A stretch of 46,512 bases of DNA from an uncultured Candidatus Saccharibacteria bacterium (GTDB lineage Bacteria > Patescibacteriota > Minisyncoccia > Phycocordibacterales > Phycocordibacteraceae), in the NCBI GenBank assembly GCA_964546795.1, contig CAZJKG010000005.1, positions 1 to 46,512 of the forward strand, written 5' to 3'. Positions 8,571 through 18,393 of this stretch are shown here, piece by piece. The position numbers were made by a program, and so were the translations under genes. Under the pieces are notes generated by a model. It worked only from the letters and a program-made list of their open reading frames with translations, made no database searches and was not told the origin of the DNA. Numbering within the stretch: the stretch's first letter is position 1; the number at the start of each line of letters is the position of its first letter.

Positions 8571-9063
8571 ATTTTATAAGTTCTATCCACCGATACGGTA
8601 ATCCATTTGATTCGTGTTTTTCTTCTGATATTTTTTTCGTAAAGATGTCTTCGTACGGCGGAAAGAACGTATCCGCTTCGGCGGTATCATCTACCAAAGT
8701 TAGGTAGAAGCGGTCTGCAAGGGACAATGCCTCGCGATAAATCTCTCCACCACCACCGATGAAGATTTCTTCAGCGCCCGATGCGCTTGCCGCAGCGGCA
8801 AGCGCATCTTCAAGCGATCCGGTAACCATTGCACCCGACGCTTCATAACCCGCTTGCCGCGTTACGACGATATTCGTGCGTCCGGGGAGTGGACGGAATT
8901 TCACCGGAATCGATTCCCATGTTTTACGTCCCATGATGACTGGATGGCCCATGGTAAGCGTCTTGAATCGCTGCATATCCTCTCTAATACGCCAGGGAAG
9001 TTTTCCCTGTAAACCGAGCTCCCGATTTTTCCCTATGGCGGCGATAATTGCGATATGGTGCAT
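8569..9063 (-). CDS. folA: dihydrofolate reductase
   Basis: IIAAIG, LPWRIREDMQRFK, VIMGRKTWESI, RPLPGRTNIVVTR, IGGGGEIY, ADTFFP. Confidence 0.96.
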   Translation of the reverse strand: MHHIAIIAAIGKNRELGLQGKLPWRIREDMQRFKTLTMGHPVIMGRKTWESIPVKFRPLPGRTNIVVTRQAGYEASGAMVTGSLEDALAAAASASGAEEIFIGGGGEIYREALSLADRFYLTLVDDTAEADTFFPPYEDIFTKKISEEKHESNGLPYRWIELIK

Positions 9064-9085
9064 CTGGCCTATACTACCAACACCT

Positions 9086-9766
9086 ATGGCGGAAGCGAAA
9101 TACGAGATAGAGATAAAAAGTTTGCTCGGCGGGGCTAGTGCAGCCGAAGCGCTTCGTGCGGGCTTACGAAAAATCAATCCTTCTTGCACTCTTATTACTT
9201 CCTATACGCAACTCAATAATTATTTTGAAGGAGGCGATCCGAAGCGGCTTGCCAAGATGCTTGCACCACATTTGCCGCCCGAGGCGGTTGAACAAATGTG
9301 GAAGATAGTGGAAGGAGAAAAAATTTCAGTGCGCACCCGCGAGATGAACGGTATCGCGAAAATAGTGATGAAGGCATCGGTCGGCACCGACTCAAGTGAG
9401 AACGGTGTCGTGCGCATGGAAATCGAGGAACCGACGAAAGGATTGACGTTCGACGAGCTTGATAAGATGGTCCTCACCGCTGGATATCGTTACCAGGCGA
9501 AATGGTCGCGCGCGAGAGAGGAATATCAGATCCAGGATATTTCCGTGTGTCTGGATAAGAATGCGGGCTATGGATATCTGGCCGAATTTGAGAAGGCAAT
9601 TAACGACACGGCCCATACTGCCAAGGCCCGCAAAGAGATAGACAAGCTCATGCATACGCTTGGACTTGCAGAATTGCCGCAGGACCGGCTTGAGCGCATG
9701 TTCGCCTACTACAACAAGCATTGGCCGGAATACTACGGCACGGATAAGGTTTTTATCGTAGAATAG
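9086..9766 (+). CDS. CYTH (triphosphate tunnel metalloenzyme) domain protein
   Basis: N-terminal ExExK (EIEIK), QLNNYF, VRTR, REEY, CLD..GYLAEFE. Confidence 0.85.
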   Translation: MAEAKYEIEIKSLLGGASAAEALRAGLRKINPSCTLITSYTQLNNYFEGGDPKRLAKMLAPHLPPEAVEQMWKIVEGEKISVRTREMNGIAKIVMKASVGTDSSENGVVRMEIEEPTKGLTFDELDKMVLTAGYRYQAKWSRAREEYQIQDISVCLDKNAGYGYLAEFEKAINDTAHTAKARKEIDKLMHTLGLAELPQDRLERMFAYYNKHWPEYYGTDKVFIVE

Positions 9767-9770
9767 GGCC

Positions 9771-10352
9771 ATGTTCCTATCCGACGTAGACATTCGTGCC
9801 GGAATCAAAAAAGGCCATATTGTCATTCGGCCTTTTTTCGAACAGCAGCTCCAGGTGGCCAGCTACGACGTGACCCTCGATAATGAGTTTCAAGTGACCG
9901 ATAGGCATCACACCCCCACGATTGATCCGTCGCGAAATATCTATCCGACCACACGCACCATCAAAATTAAGGACGGTGAGGCGTTTATCCTACATCCGGG
10001 CGAAAGCGTGCTCGGCAAACAACGCGAATTCATCGGCGTGAATGACGAGCATCTCATTCTGCTGTCGGGGAAGTCCTCACTTGCCCGCGCGGGACTCGTC
10101 GTCCATAACACCGCCATGCTCTTCAATCCGGGGCACTATTTTTATCCGACCTTCGAACTCGTGAACACGAACAACGTACCGCTCATTTTGCGTCCGGGCA
10201 TGGAGATAGCGCAGCTCCTCTTCGCTCGGCTCACCAGCCCGACCTCAAAAAAATACAAGAATATAGGACGATACGATAAGAAGAATTCAGAACACTTCGT
10301 GCCAAAACGCGTTGCCGTCCATAAAAAGAAACGGACGACGAAGAAAACATAA
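9771..10352 (+). CDS. dcd: dCTP deaminase
   Basis: MFLSDVDI, QVASYDVTL, GKSSLARAGL, FELVN, LRPGMEIAQL. Confidence 0.92.
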   Translation: MFLSDVDIRAGIKKGHIVIRPFFEQQLQVASYDVTLDNEFQVTDRHHTPTIDPSRNIYPTTRTIKIKDGEAFILHPGESVLGKQREFIGVNDEHLILLSGKSSLARAGLVVHNTAMLFNPGHYFYPTFELVNTNNVPLILRPGMEIAQLLFARLTSPTSKKYKNIGRYDKKNSEHFVPKRVAVHKKKRTTKKT

Positions 10353-10362
10353 TTCTTTCAGT

Positions 10363-11337
10363 ATGGATACTCGTCACCCCGAATACCAATATCTCGATCT
10401 TATTCGACAGACGCTTGAGGATGGCGAGGAACAAATAGATAACGGCATGGGTGTTAAAACCTACAGTGTGTTCGGCCGGCAAATCCGTTTTGACCTCTCG
10501 CAAGGATTGCCCTTGCTTACCACCAAGAAAGTATTCTGGAAGGGAGTGCTCCAAGAATTGCACTGGTTCCTATCCGGACAGACGAATGTGAGCTATCTGA
10601 CTCGGCAAGGCGTACATATTTGGGACGATTATCCGCTACGCATCTATAACGAACGGATGCTGAAAGAGGGGAAACCGGAAATGGGAAAAGAAGATTTTGT
10701 GAAGCGCCTTGAGACGGACGATGCGTTTGCCGAGGCGCACGGGCATCTACCCCATATATACGGGGAAATGTGGCGTTCATGGCCTGCGAGCGATGGGAGG
10801 AAGATTGACCAGCTGTCATGGGCCATTGAAGAATTGCGCAAGGACCCCGATGCTCATAACACACTCGTTTCCTCGTGGAATCCGGAATTCCTCTACTCGA
10901 TGGCAAAGTCCGGAGAAGGCGCCCGGTTCCCGATCTGCCACAATATGTATCAGCTCAATATCAAACACGGAAAGGTCTGTCTGCAGCTCTACCAACGCAC
11001 GGCCGATATATTTCTCGGTGTTCCGTTCAATATTGCCTCATACGCCCTTCTTACCTGCATCATTGCGAAGATCCTCGGGCGCGAGCCGGGCGAATTCGTG
11101 CATACGTTCGGCGACCTGCATGTGTACGAGAATCACAAAGAGCAGGCAAAGGAACAGATCGCACGCGAGCCGCGACCGTTCCCGACCATCGAGTTCACTC
11201 AAGCGTTCAATTCGCTTGATTCATTCAAACCGGAATATGTGACCCTCAAAAATTATGACCCGCATCCGCCGATCAAAGCCGAGCTTGCAGTGGTGGGCGG
11301 TTATAATCCAAAGCTCCATGCTCCCTCACAGTCATGA
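10363..11337 (+). CDS. thyA: thymidylate synthase
   Basis: PLLTTKKV, IWD, PICH, YQRTADIFLGVPFNIASY, GDLHVYENH. Confidence 0.97.
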   Translation: MDTRHPEYQYLDLIRQTLEDGEEQIDNGMGVKTYSVFGRQIRFDLSQGLPLLTTKKVFWKGVLQELHWFLSGQTNVSYLTRQGVHIWDDYPLRIYNERMLKEGKPEMGKEDFVKRLETDDAFAEAHGHLPHIYGEMWRSWPASDGRKIDQLSWAIEELRKDPDAHNTLVSSWNPEFLYSMAKSGEGARFPICHNMYQLNIKHGKVCLQLYQRTADIFLGVPFNIASYALLTCIIAKILGREPGEFVHTFGDLHVYENHKEQAKEQIAREPRPFPTIEFTQAFNSLDSFKPEYVTLKNYDPHPPIKAELAVVGGYNPKLHAPSQS

Positions 11338-12599
11338 ATTTTTACCAGCACATAGAAGATGAAGATGTGGAGATTTTTGCGGCGTTAGCGGGGGAAGATA
11401 AGCGGCAAGCGGAAGGGTTGGAGCTTATTCCTTCGGAGAATTACGTCTCACGGGCGGTGAAAGAGGCGATGGCATCCTCCCTGACGAATAAATATTCGGA
11501 GGGGTATCCCGGAAAGCGCTACTACGGTGGACAGGAATTCACGGACAAAGTGGAAACGCTTGCCATTCTGCGCGCGAAGAAACTTTTTAATGCGGAGTAT
11601 GCGAACGTGCAGCCGCTCGGCGGCGCGAACGCGAACATCGCCATGTACATGGCGCTACTAGCGCCCGGAGACACGGTACTCGGCATGGACCTCTCGCACG
11701 GAGGGCATTTGACGCACGGGCATCCGGTGACCTACCTTACCAAGATATTCAATTTTGTGCGGTACAAAATGAAAAACATTGAGACAGGCGAAATTGATTA
11801 TGAGGATATGCGCCGCATCGCGAAAGAAGTGAAACCAAAAATAGTCCTCGCGGGATTTTCAGCGTATCCGCGTGAACTTGATTACGCGAAGTTCGTAGAT
11901 ATTGCGCGCGAAGTGGGCGCAGTCGCCGTGATGGATATCGCTCATATCGCTGGGCTTATCGCCGGCAAAGCGGCGAAGAATCCCTTTGATTTCGGCTTTG
12001 ACATCATGACCACGACCACGCACAAGACGCTTCGCGGCCCGCGCGGCGGCATGATACTTACGCGCGATAACGCCGAGCTTGCGAAGAAAATAGACAAAGC
12101 GATATTCCCCGGCCTTCAAGGAGGCCCTCATATGCACCAGATTGCGGCGAAAGCGGTTTCACTGCGCGAAGCGCTCCACCCGTCCTTTGCGCAGTACGCG
12201 CGGCAGATAATCCTGAACGCGCGTGCGATGGCAAAAGTATTTAAGGAACACGGCGCGCGGATGATAACGGGCGGGACCGATAATCATCTCATCCTGCTTG
12301 ATGTATGGAAATCGTTCGATGTAGCGGGCGCTGAGGCCGAAGCATTGCTTGATCGGGCGGGCATCACGCTCAACAAAAATGCGATAGCGGACGATACGCG
12401 CAAACCGATGGACCCGTCCGGCATCCGCTTCGGGACACCAGCAATGACGACGCGCGGCATGGGCGAAACTGAATCAACAGAAGTCGCGCAGATTATGATT
12501 GATGTACTTACAAAACGCGACGATGCAACGGTTGTCGTGGCGCACAAGAAAATCAAAGCGCTTGCACAAGCACATCCTATTCCTGAATCGTTCGTCTAA
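11334..12599 (+). CDS. glyA: serine hydroxymethyltransferase
   Basis: LIPSENY, NKYSEGYPGKRYYGG, GGHLTHG, TTTHKTLRGPRGG. Confidence 0.98.
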   Translation: MNFYQHIEDEDVEIFAALAGEDKRQAEGLELIPSENYVSRAVKEAMASSLTNKYSEGYPGKRYYGGQEFTDKVETLAILRAKKLFNAEYANVQPLGGANANIAMYMALLAPGDTVLGMDLSHGGHLTHGHPVTYLTKIFNFVRYKMKNIETGEIDYEDMRRIAKEVKPKIVLAGFSAYPRELDYAKFVDIAREVGAVAVMDIAHIAGLIAGKAAKNPFDFGFDIMTTTTHKTLRGPRGGMILTRDNAELAKKIDKAIFPGLQGGPHMHQIAAKAVSLREALHPSFAQYARQIILNARAMAKVFKEHGARMITGGTDNHLILLDVWKSFDVAGAEAEALLDRAGITLNKNAIADDTRKPMDPSGIRFGTPAMTTRGMGETESTEVAQIMIDVLTKRDDATVVVAHKKIKALAQAHPIPESFV

Positions 12600-12620
12600 T
12601 TAATCTGGTACACTCGCCAC

Positions 12621-14267
12621 ATGGAAGGGCGAATTAGAAAGGCAATTAAAGGTGCGCTTACGAACCTAGGTGCTGGTGAGGCGGCGTTTTCGGTTGAGCG
12701 GCCAAATGACTCTGCGCATGGCGACTACACCACGAATGCAGCCATGACAGTGGCCAAATCAATTGGGGGAGCAATAAAAATCGCAGAGAAACTTAAGCAT
12801 ATCCTTGAAGGCGAACTAGATGATTTGGTTGCAAAAGTTGAAGTAGCGGGACCGGGATTCGTAAATATCACGCTCGCGCGCGATGCTGTTACTCTCGCAG
12901 TTGCCGAAGCGGATGCGCAAGGTGCACAGTGGGGGAAGGGTGGTGCGGAGACGGGGCAGCGCGTAATGATTGAATACACAGATCCGAATCCGTTCAAAGA
13001 GATGCATATCGGACACTTGATGAGCAATATCATCGGCGAAGCGCTTGCGCGGCTCATCGAGAACGAAGACGCAACGGTCATTCGTGCGAATTATCAGGGA
13101 GATGTCGGTCCGCATGTCGCCAAAGCGCTCTGGGGTTTGCAGAAAGTCGGCATCACTGAACCGGCCACGGCGCAGGAAATAGGAGAAGCGTATGCGGCCG
13201 GATCGCACGCTTATGAGGAGTCCCCGGATGTGAAAAGCGAAATTGATGCTCTCAATCAGGCGATTTATACTGGTACCGATCATGCGCTCATGGAGTCCTG
13301 GCGCAAAGGTCGCGACGTATCGCTTGCGGCGTTTGAACATCTGTATAAAATCCTCGGAACGCATTTTGACTATTATTTTTTTGAGAGTGAGACCGCGGAA
13401 CCGGGATTGCGTATTGTGCGCGATGGGATAAAAAAAGGAGTGTTTGAAGAGAGTGATGGCGCGGTCATTTACCGCGGCGAAAAAAAAGGATTGCACACGC
13501 TCGTCTTTATCACAAGCAGAGACACACCAACCTATGAAGCAAAAGATATCGGACTCGCATTTTTGAAGGAAGAGCGAGCACAAAGCGATCGTTCCATCAT
13601 TGTTACTGCCGCGGAACAAACAGGGCATTTTAACGTGGTACTTGCCGCACTCGGTGAACTGGCGCCTTTGATCGCGGCGAAAACAACACACATATCGCAT
13701 GGATTTCTACGCCTCCCTTCCGGGAAAATGTCTTCTCGCGAAGGGAATGTCATTACTGCGTCAGGACTGATTGAGAGGATCATCAAGAAAGCGAGTCAGA
13801 AAAATGAGGATCCACTTATAGCGGAACAAGTTGCCCTCGGCGCGATAAAATACATGATTCTGCGGCAGGCGCCTGGCTCGGACATCGTTTTTGATGAAGA
13901 AAAATCGCTTTCGCTTGAGGGGGATTCCGGACCGTACCTGCAGTATGCTCTCGTGCGCGCCCGCAAGATCCTTACCTATGCCCCCGGAGAGGGGAATGGG
14001 ACGATAGAACCAGATGCGCCCTATGCCATCGAACGTATCATTTTGCATTTCCCCGAAGTTGTTGCGCGCGCTTCGCGCGAACTCGCGCCGAACCTGCTCG
14101 TGAACTATCTCACCGAGCTCGCGGGCGCCTGGAATTCTTTTTATGCATCGGAGCAAGTACTCGGGAGCCCTGAGGAGACCTATAAACAGCGCGTTACGCG
14201 CGCCTTCGCCAATACGATGATCAATGGCCTTACGCTCCTCGGTATCCCTGTACCCGAGAAAATGTGA
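12621..14267 (+). CDS. argS: arginine--tRNA ligase
   Basis: [39 protein letters not shown]-terminal PEKM. Confidence 0.97.
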   Translation: MEGRIRKAIKGALTNLGAGEAAFSVERPNDSAHGDYTTNAAMTVAKSIGGAIKIAEKLKHILEGELDDLVAKVEVAGPGFVNITLARDAVTLAVAEADAQGAQWGKGGAETGQRVMIEYTDPNPFKEMHIGHLMSNIIGEALARLIENEDATVIRANYQGDVGPHVAKALWGLQKVGITEPATAQEIGEAYAAGSHAYEESPDVKSEIDALNQAIYTGTDHALMESWRKGRDVSLAAFEHLYKILGTHFDYYFFESETAEPGLRIVRDGIKKGVFEESDGAVIYRGEKKGLHTLVFITSRDTPTYEAKDIGLAFLKEERAQSDRSIIVTAAEQTGHFNVVLAALGELAPLIAAKTTHISHGFLRLPSGKMSSREGNVITASGLIERIIKKASQKNEDPLIAEQVALGAIKYMILRQAPGSDIVFDEEKSLSLEGDSGPYLQYALVRARKILTYAPGEGNGTIEPDAPYAIERIILHFPEVVARASRELAPNLLVNYLTELAGAWNSFYASEQVLGSPEETYKQRVTRAFANTMINGLTLLGIPVPEKM

Positions 14268-14296
14268 TTGGGCGTAATCGCCCACTGGGTAGTATC

Positions 14297-17200
14297 ATGG
14301 AGCATATGCCCGAAAAGTCAGAAGCCGCGAAGCGTGAGGAGGAGATTCTCGCGTTCTGGGAGCGGGAACATATTTTTGAGAAATCGCTCGCGAAAAAGAC
14401 ATCGAAAGGAGATTTTGTTTTCTATGAAGGCCCCCCAACAGCGAATGCGGCCCCCGCTCTCCATCACCTTGAGGCGCGCGCTTTTAAAGACGCCATTCCT
14501 CGCTATAAGACAATGCGCGGCTATCGCGTGAATCGCCGTGCTGGCTGGGATACTCACGGTCTCCCGGTGGAGCTCCAGGTCGAAAAGGCGCTCGGTTTCA
14601 AAGGCAAGCCGGATATAGAGAAATATGGGGTCGCGGCATTCAATAAGAAATGTCGGGAGAGCGTGTTCATCTATATTGAGGCGTGGGCGAAATTCACGAA
14701 GCGCATCGGCTATTGGGTGGACGAGACGAAGGCGTACTTCACCTTCAATAGTTCGTATATGGAAGTGGTCTGGCACCTCTTCGCGAAAACAGCGAAGGAC
14801 GGGCGCCTCTACAAGGACTACAAGGTCGTACCGTGGTGTCCGCGCTGCGGCACAGCACTCTCCTCCCACGAGCTTGCGCAGGGCTATGAAGAGGTGAAGG
14901 ACCTCTCGCTGTATGTGAAATTTAAATTAAAGAACCCTGGAAAACTTGGTTTAAACGGAGATGTTTATCTCATTGCGTGGACCACAACTCCCTGGACGCT
15001 TCCGGGCAATGTAGCTTTAGCTGTTGGGAAGGACTTTGATTATGTAGAAGCAAAAGTTGGGAATGAAATTCTGGTTTTAGCCAAAGATAAACTCTCCATA
15101 CTAACCGAGTCTTATGAAGTCCTAGCTGAGCACAAGGGCGAAGAGATGGTGGGTATGGCATACGAACCGCTATACGATTACTTGGAGGATTCTATATTAG
15201 CTTTCGAACTTCCTGGCAAAGAAAAAGCTTTCAAAGTTTATACCGCTGACTTCGTAAATACGGAAGATGGTACGGGTATTGTTCATACGGCAGTAATGTA
15301 TGGACAGGATGATTTTGAGCTTGGGAAAAACATTGGACTACCCAAGTATCACTTGGTCCTTGAAGATGGGCGCTACAAAACAATTCAACGACTTCAAAAC
15401 GATCAAGAATCTAATATGAAGTTTCTATCTGATAGGTCTGTTGGAGAAGAAAATACGGCGGTAGAAATTCTTAAAGACCTTCAGGTTAGGAACTTGTTGC
15501 TTAAGAAGGAGAGTCATAGTCACCCGTACCCCTTTTGTTGGCGCTGCAAGACGCGGCTTATCTACTACGCGCGCGACTCGTGGTACATCCGCATGAGCGA
15601 CTTGCGCGCAAAACTTGTCGCGGAGAATAAGAAAATCCATTGGGAACCGACCTATATCCGCGAGGGACGCATGGGCGAGTGGCTCGCAAATGCGAAGGAC
15701 TGGGCGATAAGTCGCGAGCGGTATTGGGGTACGCCACTGCCGATTTGGCAGAGCGCCGACAGAACTGAACAATTCATCGTCGGCTCTATTGATGAGCTCA
15801 AAAGGCATATAAAAAAATCAGGAAACACTTATTTTGTGATGCGCCACGGTGAAGCAGAAAACAACATCCGTGGAGAAATGGATTCTACTGACGAAAAGAA
15901 ATGGCCGCTTACAGAAAAGGGTAACGCACAGGTTATGGCACGCGCAAAGAAACTTGCGGGGGAGGAAATTGAACTCATCTACGCATCACCTTTCGAGCGT
16001 ACACAAAAGACGGCGCAACTCATTGCTACAGTGCTCAATCTTCCAGAAAACAGCATAGTGGTGGATAAACGCCTTAGAGAAATAAATATCGGCACGCTGC
16101 CCGGTCGGAAGATCGAGGATTTCTTTGCATATCGAGCCGAGCGTTCATATAATGAAGCATTTCCAAATGGTGAAAGCCATATGGACGTGAAGCGACGCTT
16201 CGGGGAATTCTTCTATGAGCTTGAAAGTACTTTGAAGAATAAGAAGATTCTTATCGTAACGCACGGCATCGGTCTGGAAATGCTTGAACCCCTCCGGAAC
16301 GGACTTTCCGAAGAACAATCCAAGCAACTCATTGAGGCGGATGTACCAAGCAATGGCGAACTGAGTCGTTTTGACTTCATCCCGCTGCCACACAACGAAG
16401 AGTACGAGCTTGATCTGCATCGGCCGTATATTGACGAGATCGTTCTGGTCTCAAAGAACGGGACGGAACTGAAGAGAGTACCGGAGGTCATGGACGTATG
16501 GTTTGATTCCGGTGCAATGCCATTCGCACAGGCCGCACATGAGCGTAAAAGTGAATCGCTAGATGCATTCTTGAAGAACGTTGCATATCCTGCCGACTTT
16601 ATCAGTGAAGCCATTGATCAGACGCGCGGCTGGTTCTACACGCTGCTCGCAGTGGGCACGCTCGCGGGGCGAGGCGCCGCATTCAAGAACGCCATTTCAC
16701 TCGGGCATTTGCTCGATGCTGAAGGGCAGAAAATGAGTAAGTCAAAAGGGAATGTGGTTGACCCATGGGCAGAAATAGAGAAGTGGGGCGTTGATACGTT
16801 GCGTTTCTGGATGTACAGCGTTACGCAAGCGGGCGATTCTAAGAATTATGACGAGAAGACAGTAAAAGAGGCGGCGAAGATTCTCTCATGGTTTGAGAAC
16901 AGTGCGAAGTTTTATGAACTTTTTAAGGATGTTCCGCAAGCAAAAGGTGCGCCAATGGTGATTGATCGTTGGATGCGCGCCCGCATGGACGAGACCGTTT
17001 CAATCGTGACAAGCGCTATGGACGATTACCGCCCGTTTGAAGCGACACGTGCGATAAGCGGGCTTTTTGAGGACGTATCACAATGGTACGTGCGACGCGT
17101 GCGCGATCGAGTACGCAATGGAGATGTAGCAGCGCTCGCGACTTTGCGCGAGACGCTCCACACCGGCGCACTTCTGTTTGCACCGTTCGCTCCGTTCCTA

Positions 17201-17704
17201 GCCGAAGAGGTGTATGCAAGAGTTAGGAGCGAGAATGATCCAGAAAGCGTTCATCTTGCCGATTGGCCAGCAGTTAAAAGTCATTGGCGACTTTTTGGCG
17301 ATCCTGGAAAGAAGTTAATTACAGAAATGCAAAAAGTTCGCGTACTTGCATCTGCAGCACTGCAACTGCGGCAAAAGGCCGGCGTGAAAGTGCGTCAGCC
17401 GCTTGCTTCGCTAACTATTCCAGAAATGCTTGCCGATGAACTCACCCAGATTCTTGCAGATGAAGTGAACGTAAAGAAGATAGTCACGGGCAAAGAGCTT
17501 TCGCTTGACACGGTACTCACACCAGAATTAATTAAAGAAGGGGATGAACGGGAACTCGCGCGCGCGGTTGCCGAGGCGCGCAAGACAGAAGGATTCTCTC
17601 CTAGGGATACAGTGCGTACCGAAATGCGATCAGAAGGGAAGCATTCAGTTGTTCTCTCGACTGGTCCTGTGCATTTTGACCTCATTCGCGATGTGTCCCG
17701 TTAG
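14297..17704 (+). CDS. ileS: isoleucine--tRNA ligase (type 2) with inserted histidine-phosphatase domain
   Basis: [51 protein letters not shown]; RHG insert about 15820-16390. Start 14297 or 14306. Confidence 0.96.
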   Translation: MEHMPEKSEAAKREEEILAFWEREHIFEKSLAKKTSKGDFVFYEGPPTANAAPALHHLEARAFKDAIPRYKTMRGYRVNRRAGWDTHGLPVELQVEKALGFKGKPDIEKYGVAAFNKKCRESVFIYIEAWAKFTKRIGYWVDETKAYFTFNSSYMEVVWHLFAKTAKDGRLYKDYKVVPWCPRCGTALSSHELAQGYEEVKDLSLYVKFKLKNPGKLGLNGDVYLIAWTTTPWTLPGNVALAVGKDFDYVEAKVGNEILVLAKDKLSILTESYEVLAEHKGEEMVGMAYEPLYDYLEDSILAFELPGKEKAFKVYTADFVNTEDGTGIVHTAVMYGQDDFELGKNIGLPKYHLVLEDGRYKTIQRLQNDQESNMKFLSDRSVGEENTAVEILKDLQVRNLLLKKESHSHPYPFCWRCKTRLIYYARDSWYIRMSDLRAKLVAENKKIHWEPTYIREGRMGEWLANAKDWAISRERYWGTPLPIWQSADRTEQFIVGSIDELKRHIKKSGNTYFVMRHGEAENNIRGEMDSTDEKKWPLTEKGNAQVMARAKKLAGEEIELIYASPFERTQKTAQLIATVLNLPENSIVVDKRLREINIGTLPGRKIEDFFAYRAERSYNEAFPNGESHMDVKRRFGEFFYELESTLKNKKILIVTHGIGLEMLEPLRNGLSEEQSKQLIEADVPSNGELSRFDFIPLPHNEEYELDLHRPYIDEIVLVSKNGTELKRVPEVMDVWFDSGAMPFAQAAHERKSESLDAFLKNVAYPADFISEAIDQTRGWFYTLLAVGTLAGRGAAFKNAISLGHLLDAEGQKMSKSKGNVVDPWAEIEKWGVDTLRFWMYSVTQAGDSKNYDEKTVKEAAKILSWFENSAKFYELFKDVPQAKGAPMVIDRWMRARMDETVSIVTSAMDDYRPFEATRAISGLFEDVSQWYVRRVRDRVRNGDVAALATLRETLHTGALLFAPFAPFLAEEVYARVRSENDPESVHLADWPAVKSHWRLFGDPGKKLITEMQKVRVLASAALQLRQKAGVKVRQPLASLTIPEMLADELTQILADEVNVKKIVTGKELSLDTVLTPELIKEGDERELARAVAEARKTEGFSPRDTVRTEMRSEGKHSVVLSTGPVHFDLIRDVSR

Positions 17705-17797
17705 AGGATCTAGCTATCAATTACACACAATGAACTGCAAATATATTTATCGGCTTAATCAGACAGTACCCGCGTTTGCGGCCTGTCTCTAATGGGA
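17696..17797. mobile_element. MITE-like element copy 1
   Basis: TCCCGTTAGAG / CTCTAATGGGA (10 of 11 inverted match); flanks TGTG / TGCG. Confidence 0.6.
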
Positions 17798-18366
17798 TGC
17801 GGTATAAATACGAGACACGCGGCATTGTACTTTCGCGGGCACCTGCCGGGGAAGCGAATGCGTCCATCACGCTTATTACTTCAGGACTCGGTCTTGTGCG
17901 CGCCCGTGCACAAGGCGTCCGGCGGTCCGGTGCCAAACTCGCCGCAGCGCTTGCCACGGGCACTGAGAGCGAATTGGTGCTTGTGCGGGGGAAGGAACAT
18001 TGGCGCATTGCAGGCGCGGTTCTGGGAGAAAATTGGTTCGTACGGTTGCAGAGTCCTTCGTCGCGCGTACGAGCGGCGCGCGTTTCCGGCCTTCTTCTGC
18101 GGCTCGTTCCCGGCGAGGCGCATGACCCCGCACTCTTTACGATTATGAATGGGTTTTTCGAAGCGCTTGTCATGTTTCCCGAGGACGTGCATGAGGCAGT
18201 TGAAGTGCTTGTCGCGCTCCGTGTGCTTGCGGCGCTCGGGCTCGATGCAGGGGAGATACCCGGTGGCATGTCCGCATTCACGCCTCCACTGCTCGCGGCG
18301 ATTATGGAGGAACGCTCAGGGTATATAGCCCGTATCAATCACGGCATCAACGTTTCGGGTCTCTAG
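17797..18366 (+). CDS. recO: DNA repair protein RecO (short form)
   Basis: TRGIVLSR, GEAN, GLGLVRARAQGVRRSGAKL; VLAALG near C-terminus. Confidence 0.85.
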   Translation: MRYKYETRGIVLSRAPAGEANASITLITSGLGLVRARAQGVRRSGAKLAAALATGTESELVLVRGKEHWRIAGAVLGENWFVRLQSPSSRVRAARVSGLLLRLVPGEAHDPALFTIMNGFFEALVMFPEDVHEAVEVLVALRVLAALGLDAGEIPGGMSAFTPPLLAAIMEERSGYIARINHGINVSGL

Positions 18367-18393
18367 ATTCTCACGCGGTATACTGTATATACA

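Noticed and set aside
8876-9189. Overlapping N-terminal extensions of folA and CYTH
   Set aside because: Family motifs begin at 9063 and 9086, with -10 boxes between them
12816-13700. Long antisense and alternate-frame ORFs here and over other core genes
   Set aside because: Shadows of well-supported genes with no motifs
17696-17797. Integron attC reading of the GTTAGA/TCTAAC repeats
   Set aside because: Order is reversed relative to attC, interiors do not pair, no integrase, and flanking duplications fit transposition better
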